From IMG/VR virus record IMGVR_UViG_3300021090_000069, positions 1 to 37,696 of that record: a stretch of 37,696 bases of DNA; one strand, 5' to 3'. The notes under the pieces were generated by a model that saw only the letters and a list, made by a program, of their open reading frames with translations, searched no databases and had not been told where the DNA came from. Numbering within the stretch: the first letter of the stretch is position 1; each line of letters begins with the position of its first letter. The translations under genes and the position numbers were made by a program. The DNA comes from a virus. Lineage: Duplodnaviria > Caudoviricetes. Shown here in pieces: positions 26,112 through 35,382 of this stretch.

Positions 26112-26112
26112 G

Positions 26113-26640
26113 CTATTCCTCCTTCCCCTTTGCCCAGTGTTCTTCCAGACATGAGTAGCCCCGCTTTTCGTACACGCGCGTGACCTGCTCGAAATTCAGC
26201 GTCCGCATGGACGCAAAGACCTTCACGGTCGCGCCCCGCTCGTCCATCCATTGCTCCAGGGCCTTGACCAGCCTGATTGCCAGGCTGCCGCTGCCCCGGT
26301 GTTCGCGGCTGATAAACCAAAACGACTCTGTGCCGATGATATGGTCGTCGTTATACGGACAGAGTGAGAGCATCCCGCCGATGCCGCCGACGATCAGGCC
26401 GTCCCTGAGCGCAAGCAATATCATCGCCCCGTCCCCGGCGATCATGCGTCTGAAATGCAGCTCTGCAGAGACCGGCTCAAACGGTATCCAGCGGTTCAGC
26501 TCGATCGACTCATAAAACTCCCGGCCTATGCGGAGCATGTCCTGCATGTCCTCAATCGTGGCCTCACGCAGTACGAAGTTGCTTGAGTTACTTGAGTTAC
26601 TTGAGTTGCTTGAGTTACTGATGCTTGAGGTCTCAGGCAT
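26113..26640 (-). CDS. GNAT-fold acetyltransferase-like virion assembly protein (gp13 position)
   Basis: LREATIED, ESFWFISREHRGSG, YEKRGY; likely start MPETSS at 26640; N-terminal (SSN)n from 9-nt repeats. Confidence 0.82.
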   Translation of the reverse strand: MPETSSISNSSNSSNSSNSSNFVLREATIEDMQDMLRIGREFYESIELNRWIPFEPVSAELHFRRMIAGDGAMILLALRDGLIVGGIGGMLSLCPYNDDHIIGTESFWFISREHRGSGSLAIRLVKALEQWMDERGATVKVFASMRTLNFEQVTRVYEKRGYSCLEEHWAKGKEE

Positions 26641-28813
26641 TGACCGATACCTCCTTGATGATTGCCAGCACGGTAAAGGGCAGCGGCTGGTCCTGTACGA
26701 TCTCCACCTGCCCGCCGCCCCGTTCCCAGCCGATCTGTGTTGCTTCCTTGTCCCCGGTAAACGGCTCGATGGGAGCATCCAGTATGTCCTCGCCGAATTT
26801 CCTGAAGGGGATAATCTCTCCGTTAATGGTGCAGCCGAGGGAATCCTTCAGCCGCACGCTCACTTTGTTGACCGACACCTGCGCGGCCTGCACCGTGCCG
26901 AGGCCTCCCTGAAACTCCGGCGGCAGGTCCTTTATCTTTGAATAGTAATGCAAGCCTATCTCCACAGCCTCTGCGTTGCGCGGCAGCGTGATTTGCCCGT
27001 TATCGACAACCTCCTGCGGCATGACTATGCCGTCTGCCAGGACATCCACTGTCTTGTCTTCGAGATGTCCCAGTCCGTCCCAGGTCGCTTTGCCCGCGTC
27101 CGTGTCAACCACGGCGCAGTCGGTGTTGAGCGTGTCGTCCATCACCTCGAGATAGGTCTTTGCCACGCCGCCTATCGTCCTGACGACTGCCAGCCAAACC
27201 TCGTCATGACCCTGATTGTGTGTGACGATCAGGTCCTTGACCAAGCCATCGGTGGCATGCTGCGCAAAGGCCATCACCTCATATTCCGCGTTCACGGTCA
27301 ACGTCAGGAACGTGCCGTCGGCGCAGACAATATAGACCAGGTCCTGTTGCGGACTGTATGCCAGTTGCACAATGCCCCTGGCCGTCAGGTGCTCGGAGAC
27401 AAACGAGATATCCCTCGAGCGCATGGAATCGCTTTCAAAGTGATAACCGAACGCCCGTATCTGTGTGCTGTCGCGGTTTGCAAAATATACATCCTGCTCC
27501 ACCATCACCGGTCTGGCCAGGCCTGAGCCGTTCCGCCCATAGCCTGCTATGTCGATGTTCGTCGGCGCGAGCGCTCCCTTGTCTGCAGGGCCGACAACAA
27601 ACTCCCTGTCCCTGGTCAGCACCGCGATCTGCTTGCCGCAGACAACATGCATGATGTCTGTCTTGGCCGCGGCAATGCCCATCTGCATGGCAGAGTTGTG
27701 TTTGACATCAATGCGGAAATTCGTGAGCGCGTAGTTTTTCGACAGCCAGAGCGTAAACGGGTTGTAGAGGTTGGAGGCATAGACCCTGCGCTGCTGATAG
27801 TGGCCCACCGCCTGCGGATATCCGGTCACACTGGTAAACGGCAGGCTCGCCATTCTCGTGCAGAAGATCGTGCCGGTGGCGGGCGTGGTCGGGTTGTTCG
27901 CAACCGTGTAACTGAACTGCGTCTCGCTGATCTTCGTGATCTTTGCCGATAGGTTATAGTCGGCTTGTCCGGCGTCCTCGATCGTCACGTAATCGTCTGT
28001 TTCAAATTCATGGTCCTTGTCTGTGGTGACCGTTGCCGTATTGTTGACGCGCGTGATTGAGGCGATGCCGATGCCCGCAGTCATTTCGGTCGTTGTGGTG
28101 GCAGGCGTCTCAGGCGCGCCGGTTATCTTGTACGTAAAAATCTCAGGGCTTTCTACGGTGATTCGAAAGAGGCCGTTATACTCTGTCTCCGTAGCTCCCT
28201 TGATGCGTATCTTCATGCCTGTTGCAAACCCGTGGGGCTGCACGGTTTCCGCATAGCAGAGCTTCGGCTGGTCCGAGAGGGGAAGCGAAAGGGATGCCAG
28301 GCGCGCTAGCGGAGTGGATTTTATTGGGCATGCGCCGATCGTCCAGTTGGTGTTTGTGATGCGTTTGAGTTCCTGCGGCGCGTAATCCGGGTGTGTGATA
28401 ATCAAATTATTGTCAGGCCCCTGGTCGTACCGGAGCAGTGATAAATCCGTCCCGTCCGCATAAGGAGATGTAATCTCAGTAGGTACGCCGCCCTCATTCC
28501 CTATGACCGCTCCGGCCACGGCAAACCATATCTTTTCATCACTGCGGAATATGACCGTATAGCCAAGCGACTGCGGCGGGGCGGTATCCCGATTGAAGAT
28601 CTGAAACGGCATAAGGCGCACCGTAATCCCCGTACCTGCGTTGGAGACAAACCGCGTCCCCGGTCTGCGCGCAGCGCCTCCTGCCAGGAGTACGATCATG
28701 TTATAGAGGACCTCGCAGCTGGCCTTATACCGGGGGATGTCTACGCGTCCGCGCAAAAACGGCGAACTCTCGCCCCCTGAAAAATTCGTCTGGATGATCG
28801 GGACCTTCGGCAT
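26633..28813 (-). CDS. Tail tubular protein B (nozzle)
   Basis: IQTNFSGGE.SP.L.GR.D..RY...N.....GGA.RRPGT; GYP..V..YQQR; IGLHY; QDQPLP.TVLAI. Confidence 0.9.
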   Translation of the reverse strand: MPKVPIIQTNFSGGESSPFLRGRVDIPRYKASCEVLYNMIVLLAGGAARRPGTRFVSNAGTGITVRLMPFQIFNRDTAPPQSLGYTVIFRSDEKIWFAVAGAVIGNEGGVPTEITSPYADGTDLSLLRYDQGPDNNLIITHPDYAPQELKRITNTNWTIGACPIKSTPLARLASLSLPLSDQPKLCYAETVQPHGFATGMKIRIKGATETEYNGLFRITVESPEIFTYKITGAPETPATTTTEMTAGIGIASITRVNNTATVTTDKDHEFETDDYVTIEDAGQADYNLSAKITKISETQFSYTVANNPTTPATGTIFCTRMASLPFTSVTGYPQAVGHYQQRRVYASNLYNPFTLWLSKNYALTNFRIDVKHNSAMQMGIAAAKTDIMHVVCGKQIAVLTRDREFVVGPADKGALAPTNIDIAGYGRNGSGLARPVMVEQDVYFANRDSTQIRAFGYHFESDSMRSRDISFVSEHLTARGIVQLAYSPQQDLVYIVCADGTFLTLTVNAEYEVMAFAQHATDGLVKDLIVTHNQGHDEVWLAVVRTIGGVAKTYLEVMDDTLNTDCAVVDTDAGKATWDGLGHLEDKTVDVLADGIVMPQEVVDNGQITLPRNAEAVEIGLHYYSKIKDLPPEFQGGLGTVQAAQVSVNKVSVRLKDSLGCTINGEIIPFRKFGEDILDAPIEPFTGDKEATQIGWERGGGQVEIVQDQPLPFTVLAIIKEVSVNA

Positions 28814-29374
28814 TTAACTGCGCCTCGCGTTGAGAAGCGGGAAATCTCCGAACGTCTGTCCGGGCTCTTCCTGCGCGTCCACCGCCTTTGCGGCCTTCAG
28901 CATCTCTGAAAACTGCTTCCTTATCGCGTCAGCCGTAACATTGCTTTTCGTGATCGGGTACGCCAGCAGGACCGCCATGTAGTTTTGCAGCACAGAAGTC
29001 AAAAGCGCATCGTATGAGGCCGCATCCTCGTCGCGGTAGACAAACCGGACTGTAACCGCGGCTGCGTCGCAGAGTATCGTCCTTCCCTCGAGTCGGTAAT
29101 CCGTAATGCCGTATACCTCAAGGAGCCGGAGACAATCAGCAGGGAGTTCGAAGGCAACCGCGTACTCGCTCACCGGTGCGTCTGTCAACGGCGCCAGGGC
29201 TACACGCCTGATAGCGCAGTTCCATGGATGCAGCCTGAGTATCGTATCCAGGGCAGCCGGCCAGAGCTTCGCGCAGAGTCCTGCCCGTTTCGTATTTTCC
29301 GTAAACGACGCTATGGCCTCATCCCCCAGCATCGAGAGCGCTACACTACAGATATCTACCTTCGACGTTGCCAT
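28814..29374 (-). CDS. Tail tubular protein A (adaptor)
   Basis: S.VDICS.AL..LG...I.S; LR.HPWNCA..R..LA; LPADCLR. Confidence 0.9.
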   Translation of the reverse strand: MATSKVDICSVALSMLGDEAIASFTENTKRAGLCAKLWPAALDTILRLHPWNCAIRRVALAPLTDAPVSEYAVAFELPADCLRLLEVYGITDYRLEGRTILCDAAAVTVRFVYRDEDAASYDALLTSVLQNYMAVLLAYPITKSNVTADAIRKQFSEMLKAAKAVDAQEEPGQTFGDFPLLNARRS

Positions 29375-29403
29375 TCAGTCTCCATGTAGAGCGTTAGCCG
29401 GAA

Positions 29404-29446
29404 GGCCGGGCCGGACATTCAATAAATGCCCTCACCGGCCTTGCGG
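29404..29446. terminator. GC-rich hairpin after the capsid/decoration genes
   Basis: AGGCCGG...CCGGCCT inverted repeat; no clear U-tract. Confidence 0.4.
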
Positions 29447-29454
29447 GTTGATTG

Positions 29455-29949
29455 TTATAACGGTACGACGGTAAAATAGCCCTTCAGTGTTGCCCCTGCA
29501 GGAAGCGTAGCGGCCAGGCAAATGGCCTGGATGGTGACGCCCTCTTTGCTGTCAAATAAGATCGACGGGCTGGTGCCGAGTCCATTGGTCCCTGTGCCGC
29601 ACTGCACGTTTGCGATTGCGGAAACATCCGCGCCGTCGAGGATCGTGTCCTGTGAGGCGTTCACTGCCGTGCCGTCTGCCTTGGTGTGTGCCAGGTAGCC
29701 GATGTCCAGCACGCGTGCTGCGCCGAACGCCGAGCAGACTAAATGCGATTCCCTCTTGAGAAGCCGGTAGACGCCCGGCGGGATGGTGACCAGGTTCGCC
29801 AGCGAGCTTGCGTCTCCGGCTGCCGCGCCCTGAGTGAAATCGAAATTGAATATCCGCTTCTGGCCGTTGTACTCATGTCCCGCCATTTTGACCGGAGGCG
29901 TTGCGGTCCTTGCGGTCTCCTGTGTGCTCTTTTCGGTTGTTAATGCCAT
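29455..29949 (-). CDS. Putative capsid decoration protein
   Basis: Directly after the capsid gene; beta-rich with LDIGY. Confidence 0.65.
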   Translation of the reverse strand: MALTTEKSTQETARTATPPVKMAGHEYNGQKRIFNFDFTQGAAAGDASSLANLVTIPPGVYRLLKRESHLVCSAFGAARVLDIGYLAHTKADGTAVNASQDTILDGADVSAIANVQCGTGTNGLGTSPSILFDSKEGVTIQAICLAATLPAGATLKGYFTVVPL

Positions 29950-29965
29950 GTCTTCCTCCGTATAG

Positions 29966-30007
29966 TCCCCTCCGGGAGGGGGTTCAGGGGTGGGTTATGC
30001 CACCCCT
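29966..30007. repeat. REP-like double palindrome
   Basis: CCCCTCC-G-GGAGGGG then AGGGGTGG-GTTATG-CCACCCCT. Confidence 0.6.
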
Positions 30008-30030
30008 ATGGTTATTGGTTTATGCTGCTG

Positions 30031-30912
30031 TTATTCTTCCTTGCAGGCGATCTCGACGACCTTCACATCCTCGCGCCTTACTGCCCCGGTCGACATCCAG
30101 TTGTAGGGCTGCCACGGCTGGCCGTGCAGGTCGCCCCGCACCGTGATGTTGCTGGCGATTTCCTTGCCGATGCCGAGTACACATCCTGACTTCACAAACA
30201 TGTAGCAGTACCGGATGCCCGCAGTCTTGGTCAGCAGGTTCGTCTTCTTCCACTTTGCGCCCAGGAAGACATCGACCTTGGCGTCCATGAGCAGCCTGAC
30301 GGCGTTATAGTCCGCGCTCGTCAGCTTGTCGTCGTTGAGCACATCGCTGATCTGCCTCTGGGTGATGACCAGCGTCAGCATGTCCGTCATCTCGTCGTCG
30401 TCGATCGCGTTTGCAAGCCCAAGGATCTCAAGGCCCTGAACGATCTTCGCCCTGGTCAGTCCGAGGTTGCTGTGGGCGATCTTCTGTGCCGCCGGCAGCA
30501 CGATGTTCTCAGACGTTCCATCCGCCTTTATCTGCCGTGCGGATCCGCCCAGCGCTGCAATAATACGCAGGTCCTTCTTTCTGTTTTGCGCTGCCACACC
30601 CTGCCCCAGATACGGGCTCTTCGGGTCGGCGAGCATCTTCTGGGCGTCCATCTGGTAGACATGCGACCACCATTCAGAATCCGTCAGGTCGACATACCTG
30701 CCCTGGTGCGGGAGCTCCTTTGATCCCAGCGGCGTCCCGCGCACAATAACGTCTTCGGCCTCGTTGCTGCCGATATCGTCTATACGCTTGCTGGTGCCGA
30801 TGATGCCGGACTCGACCGTAACCGAGCCTTCGAGCCTGCTTTGTTTCTGCTGGGAGAGAATGCCGAAGTTGCTGCTGAACTGCTGGACTAATGCTTTTTC
30901 TACTTCCGCCAT
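30031..30912 (-). CDS. Major capsid protein
   Basis: V.QFS.N...LSQQK.SRL; D..KML.DP.S.Y; TSADYNAV..L....VD.FLG..W; MS.GAVR.ED.KVVEI.C.E; start MAEVE with SD AGGAGG. Confidence 0.92.
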   Translation of the reverse strand: MAEVEKALVQQFSSNFGILSQQKQSRLEGSVTVESGIIGTSKRIDDIGSNEAEDVIVRGTPLGSKELPHQGRYVDLTDSEWWSHVYQMDAQKMLADPKSPYLGQGVAAQNRKKDLRIIAALGGSARQIKADGTSENIVLPAAQKIAHSNLGLTRAKIVQGLEILGLANAIDDDEMTDMLTLVITQRQISDVLNDDKLTSADYNAVRLLMDAKVDVFLGAKWKKTNLLTKTAGIRYCYMFVKSGCVLGIGKEIASNITVRGDLHGQPWQPYNWMSTGAVRREDVKVVEIACKEE

Positions 30913-31093
30913 AATGTGGCCTCCTTTGAAATTGGTTTGTTCCACCATTTCCGAAGGTCCTCCACTTGGCACTGCGGGCTCCCCTGCGGGAGTACTCCAC
31001 GCTTTGTGGGCCTCCTGCCGTCCCGTGGAAGGACGGCCGGTTACTGCTATCTCATGCTATCAGGTGCGGTCAAAGCGGCCCCTTACGGGGTGC

Positions 31094-31924
31094 TCACTTC
31101 TTTTCCGCGTACTTCCTGCTGTAATACTCCTTCACTTTTCTGTTGACCGTTTCGTGCTGAGGGTCCGTTGGGTCCCAGTAAGCCTTTGACTTCTGCAACT
31201 CCTCTATCGCCTCTCCGCTGCCGGTGGTTTCTCCTACCGGCGGGTTGTCCTCCTGGTAGTCGGCTCCCACCTTCGCAAGCACGCTCAGGAGCGCCCTATG
31301 CGTCGCCTTCAGGTCCTTTCCTATCTTGTCGGCATCAGCCTTCATCCGGTCGTCAGCCAGAGCCCTGAATGCAGCGTTCACCGCAGCCTTCTTCTCCGGG
31401 GCCTGCTCACCCCACTCTTTTTGCACATCCGTCAGCACCCCGTTATAGTCCGCATCCACATTCTTCCCTTGCAGCTGCAGCCCTTCCGTCAGCATCCCGG
31501 CGTACTTGTCTATTACACCCTGCGCCTGCTTGTTCGTCATGCCCAAGCCGTGCATCATTTTAAGAAAGCCCTTCTCCTTCTCCGCATCTACCCTGATGCC
31601 CTCCGGGAAGGCCTTATAGTCCAGCGTATAGCCGTCCTCTTTCTCCGGCGGGATCTCGCCCGAGCCGATCTTCTTTTCAGCCCAGCTGAACCCGGCGATC
31701 GCCTTCTTGCCGATCCCCTCCCAGTCCATGCTGCCGTCTTCTTTTTTCACCAGGAACTTCTCCGGCACCGTAAACTCTCCGGGCAGTAAATCCCCTGCGG
31801 GTGCGGATTCAGGCGGCGTTCCTGCCGGCGGCGCGTTCGAGTCAGGCGCTGCCGCCGGTGGTGTTGCCGGTGGTGCTGCAGGCGGTGCGTTCGGGTCAGG
31901 TGTCGGTAAAACTGGATCAGGCAT
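31094..31924 (-). CDS. Capsid scaffolding / assembly protein
   Basis: Pro/Ala-rich N-terminus, PEKF, P...DGY, LG.T..QAQG, KEWG, AYW...P.H; upstream of the capsid gene. Confidence 0.85.
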   Translation of the reverse strand: MPDPVLPTPDPNAPPAAPPATPPAAAPDSNAPPAGTPPESAPAGDLLPGEFTVPEKFLVKKEDGSMDWEGIGKKAIAGFSWAEKKIGSGEIPPEKEDGYTLDYKAFPEGIRVDAEKEKGFLKMMHGLGMTNKQAQGVIDKYAGMLTEGLQLQGKNVDADYNGVLTDVQKEWGEQAPEKKAAVNAAFRALADDRMKADADKIGKDLKATHRALLSVLAKVGADYQEDNPPVGETTGSGEAIEELQKSKAYWDPTDPQHETVNRKVKEYYSRKYAEKK

Positions 31925-32073
31925 TATGATTTTCCTCTCTTGATTATTGGTTTCTCTTCTGCTTCTTCGCCTTCCGTCTGTTCAGCCTTTTTCTTGCTCA
32001 GTTCGGAGTCCTTAAGTTCGGAGTTGGTCTTCGGTTCCTGCACCCAGCCTTCCTTAGTCAGTCTCCACGCCAT
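31924..32073 (-). CDS. 49-aa charged hypothetical protein (missing from the ORF track)
   Basis: MAWRLTKEGWVQEPK...; SD AAGGAG; TAATG-coupled to the scaffold gene. Confidence 0.55.
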   Translation of the reverse strand: MAWRLTKEGWVQEPKTNSELKDSELSKKKAEQTEGEEAEEKPIIKRGKS

Positions 32074-32083
32074 GATATCTCCT

Positions 32084-32335
32084 TTACCCTTGCGCCTTCG
32101 CTATTTGATCATAGATATGCTGCACAACATTCCGGTGCCCGACATTCACCGCAGTTGATACCGGATCGTTCGGCACCAGGATCTGTCCTTCGTAAAACCG
32201 TATGTTCAGGTCGGCCAGTATCTTCAGTCCCAGTGGGTTGGCCTGGAAGAGATTCAGATAATCCAGCGCTGTCACCGTGAAGCCCTTACCCTGAAAGGGA
32301 GAGGGTTGTGTGAGGGGTGATTTACGCGGTGCCAC
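32084..32335 (-). CDS. Bbp19-like small protein after the portal
   Basis: Y..LF...P.G.KILADL..RF; TA.N.G.R.VV..I. Confidence 0.8.
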   Translation of the reverse strand: MAPRKSPLTQPSPFQGKGFTVTALDYLNLFQANPLGLKILADLNIRFYEGQILVPNDPVSTAVNVGHRNVVQHIYDQIAKAQG

Positions 32336-33959
32336 TTTCCACCATCCCTTTCATCATCTGCGGCGCCGTCGCCTTCTTTATCTCCTGGTCTGCCTGTTGC
32401 TTTTGCGCCTCGGCCATAGCCTTTGCCCTTTCTTTTCTCAGTTTCAAGACATCGTCTTGCGATCTGATATGCTTTTGCGGCACGCCCAGCAACTCAGACT
32501 TTTCCCGGTATGCAGAGTCCACGTCATACAGGTCCATCGGCCCGGTCACGCCCGCCTGCGCCAGCGCACCCAGCCTCTCCTCGTATGCGTCCATCGCATG
32601 CACCTCATCGATCTTCTGCGACCGCGCCAGCGGTGACTTATAGCTGATCGTCGCAATCTGCTGTGCAACTGAATCAGGCGGCGGTGAAGTCATAAACCTC
32701 TGCCAATTCGTCGCAGCCGCTGCCCGCAGCAAAATCCCTGCGCATCGTTCCACCATCACAGACAGAAACTCAGGCTGCAGCCTGCCTGTCAGCGGTATCA
32801 ACTGCTTGTTGATCATCTCCGTCCGCTTCCGTATCTCATAGGCCGTCATGTCCGGCCCTTCGTTGTCCGGATGCAACTGGTCAGCCTTCATCGACCGTCT
32901 GATCTGTCCTTGCAGGTCCTTCTTCACCAGTGCGCTCACATCAAACTGCGCCCCGCTTTTCAGGCTGAAAAAACTCTCCTTGTTCGCCATCGCAATGATC
33001 TTCCGCGCGCCGACCGTCACCATCTTGGGGTTCAACACGCCGTCATCCACGGCCCCCCACATGCCCGCTATCGCCATGTCGGCGTTGCTCAGCACCAGCT
33101 TAACCAACTCATTGACCGTCTTATGGTCCGGCATCCCGTTTTCGCAGATCCCCGTTGCATAGACGCTGTCGGGCACCGTCATGCCCCGCAGCACCATAAA
33201 CGGCTGCTCCGCATAACCGGATTTCCGCACCAGCCGCTTTGTCTGTATCTCAACGTGCTCGCTGGCGACTTTGAACTTGATCTGCTTGTCCTTGCGGTTG
33301 GGGTAGATCGCATGCAGGAACTGAAACGGCGTGTCCGGCTTGTTGTTGTCCATCGCCTTTTTGACTGCCTCGCTCAGCGGATACCGGGCGTCCGTAAATT
33401 CTTCCGTGGCCTGCTCCGCCGTCAGCACATAGGGCCGGTACAACGTATCGACCATCCCCTTGCCTGTGCTGTCCGCAAAAAAACAGCTATGCAGCGGCCA
33501 GGATTTGAAATTAAACATCTTGCCTTTGCCCAGGTCGCCTTCTTCCACGTACAGGCAGGCCATCGCAATCACATAATCCGTGATGATTTCGAGCCCGGCC
33601 ACATCGTAATTGGCGTTGTGAATTCCGGACCAGATCCCTTTTGCAAACTCGCTCAGCCACTTTTTGCCCGCCTGGTCCTCGGTCTCCAGGTTAAAGTCCA
33701 GCCAGAGTGAATTCGGCGGCGTCAGGCCCGAAAGCAGAGCTGCAGCCAGGATATTCACACTGTCGCGCAGGGTCGAATCGTAGATCTCCGCGGCTGCTGC
33801 CTGCGCCCCCGCAAGCGCATCGTCGCCCGCCATGTCCTGGCCGATCAGCGCGCCCCGCAGCGGGATCGTCGCATCAAAGGCCTTCTTCCAAAACGGCTCG
33901 ATAAACGCCCGCTTCTGCTTCAGCACCTCCAGCCTGCGTATATGCTGTTCGCCCGTCAT
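32322..33959 (-). CDS. Portal (head-to-tail connector)
   Basis: IYDST...S...LAA.L.SGLTP....W; MTAYEI..R.E; RLQ.EFL...VER; Y.SPLARSQ. Confidence 0.94.
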   Translation of the reverse strand: MTGEQHIRRLEVLKQKRAFIEPFWKKAFDATIPLRGALIGQDMAGDDALAGAQAAAAEIYDSTLRDSVNILAAALLSGLTPPNSLWLDFNLETEDQAGKKWLSEFAKGIWSGIHNANYDVAGLEIITDYVIAMACLYVEEGDLGKGKMFNFKSWPLHSCFFADSTGKGMVDTLYRPYVLTAEQATEEFTDARYPLSEAVKKAMDNNKPDTPFQFLHAIYPNRKDKQIKFKVASEHVEIQTKRLVRKSGYAEQPFMVLRGMTVPDSVYATGICENGMPDHKTVNELVKLVLSNADMAIAGMWGAVDDGVLNPKMVTVGARKIIAMANKESFFSLKSGAQFDVSALVKKDLQGQIRRSMKADQLHPDNEGPDMTAYEIRKRTEMINKQLIPLTGRLQPEFLSVMVERCAGILLRAAAATNWQRFMTSPPPDSVAQQIATISYKSPLARSQKIDEVHAMDAYEERLGALAQAGVTGPMDLYDVDSAYREKSELLGVPQKHIRSQDDVLKLRKERAKAMAEAQKQQADQEIKKATAPQMMKGMVESGTA

Positions 33960-34273
33960 TGCATCGTCTCCGGAGCGTGCACATTGCCCGCCATACGTTC
34001 ACCGCGTTCGATCATCGCCTGCTCCTCTGCATGATTAAAAAGGTCCTCCTGCCCGGATTCCTCCTGCCGCTTCGCCGCTGCCAGGTGCAGGCTGACGAAA
34101 TTCCGGTGCGGGTTCTGCATCTGAGAAAAATCCCGGTATTCCCTCAGCCGCTTCAATCTCTCGGCCTTCGGGAGCTCATAAACGATCTGCTCTATCTCCT
34201 GCATCAGGATAGGGGTCTTGTTGCCGCTGCCTTTCGGCCTTCCGGGTCCTGGTTTTGGATTACGATTCGCCAT
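33956..34273 (-). CDS. Putative terminase small subunit
   Basis: GPGRPKGSGNK motif; first gene of the late operon. Confidence 0.55.
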   Translation of the reverse strand: MANRNPKPGPGRPKGSGNKTPILMQEIEQIVYELPKAERLKRLREYRDFSQMQNPHRNFVSLHLAAAKRQEESGQEDLFNHAEEQAMIERGERMAGNVHAPETMQ

Positions 34274-34285
34274 GGTGGCTCCGTC

Positions 34286-34341
34286 GCTTGCAGGCTTGCA
34301 GGCTTGCAGGCTTGCCAGTTTGCTCGCCTGTCAGCTTGTTT
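34286..34341. repeat. Octamer tandem repeat GCTTGCAG x3 plus four degenerate copies
   Basis: Read directly, in the late-operon leader. Confidence 0.85.
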
Positions 34342-34397
34342 GTTATTTCTTTGTTTTTTCCGTCTTTTCTGAGGGCAAATTTAAACATCGTGGATTC

Positions 34398-34438
34398 AAG
34401 GTAGCACAGATGAAAGTCAAACTTTTAGGGGAAAGTTT
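34398..34438 (-). promoter_or_regulatory. Candidate activator-dependent late promoter
   Basis: Extended -10 TG-C-TACCTT with no well-spaced -35; dyad AAACTTT-N6-AAAGTTT at 34419-34438; directly after a Mor-like gene. Confidence 0.35.
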
Positions 34439-34447
34439 TAATTTCTT

Positions 34448-34729
34448 TCAACCCCTCCCGGTTTTATACTCTTTCCCGTTCGGAGAGATGAGCCTGTCCT
34501 CCTGCATCCGCCATTTCTCGTAGTTCCTCACCGTCTGCTCGCTCAGTCCGTGCGTCACGGCGATCTCCGCATACGTCTTCTTCAGCCTCAGCTCTGCCTT
34601 CACCGTCCGCACCATCACAAACACCGGCTTCCTCGTAGGGAATTCCAGCTGTTCTCCGGCACATCTCATCCTGATCCTCTCCGCCAGTTCCTCGTCCCCT
34701 ATCACCGCCGCAAACTCATCCCAGGTCAT
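34448..34729 (-). CDS. Mor/C-family late transcription activator
   Basis: AAVIGDE.LA..I....AGEQL.FP and C-terminal HTH YAEIAVTHGLSEQTVRNY. Confidence 0.78.
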   Translation of the reverse strand: MTWDEFAAVIGDEELAERIRMRCAGEQLEFPTRKPVFVMVRTVKAELRLKKTYAEIAVTHGLSEQTVRNYEKWRMQEDRLISPNGKEYKTGRG

Positions 34730-34944
34730 GCCTTTACCTCCAAAGGAACACCAAAAATATACGTAATACCACCCTTGATTAAAAGATATTCCCACCCTGT
34801 TGTTGTCGCGAGCAACGCATCCACCTGTTTACCTGTAAGTTCTATCGCGTCTGGGTCTCTGCCGTGGTCTGTCCGGTAAACAAACAGAAGATCTTGTATC
34901 GCATCAACGAGGTTTTTTGCTTCTTCAGGAATTATAATTCTCAT
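34726..34944 (-). CDS. Hypothetical protein
   Basis: SD AGGAGG, ATGA overlap with the next gene. Confidence 0.65.
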   Translation of the reverse strand: MRIIIPEEAKNLVDAIQDLLFVYRTDHGRDPDAIELTGKQVDALLATTTGWEYLLIKGGITYIFGVPLEVKA

Positions 34945-34956
34945 GCTTTGCCTCCT

Positions 34957-35382
34957 TTACTCCACATGATGCAGGCTCTGCTTTCCTATTGCCTTGTCCT
35001 TCTTGGCGTTCTGGATCTCTCTCTTATCGAAGCCCCGCAAGAACTCCCTCACTGCCGCCGGTGTCTTCTCGTCCTTCAACAGCCGCTGCAGCGCCAGGTC
35101 GTTTGTCCTCTTCTGCTCCTTGTCAGCAGCGGCCTGCCGTAACCCCTGGTACTTCTGGATAAATTCATTCAAGAGCGGATAATTGAACTTGAACCGTGTC
35201 GCCATCTTCAGGAATTCCTCATCGTCGCAGGCCTTCATGAAATCACCCTCGTCGTAATTTACTATCCGCTTGAAGATCACGATCCGCTGGTCCTTGCTGA
35301 TCGATTGCCCGATCAACGCCTCCACCTCGTCCATGGCAGCCTTAAACCGTTCCTTACCAATCATTTTTCCCTCCCTGCTCAC
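34957..35382 (-). CDS. Replication accessory protein (helicase-loader position), hypothetical
   Basis: Directly downstream of and overlapping the initiator; helical; function inferred from position only. Confidence 0.55.
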   Translation of the reverse strand: MSREGKMIGKERFKAAMDEVEALIGQSISKDQRIVIFKRIVNYDEGDFMKACDDEEFLKMATRFKFNYPLLNEFIQKYQGLRQAAADKEQKRTNDLALQRLLKDEKTPAAVREFLRGFDKREIQNAKKDKAIGKQSLHHVE

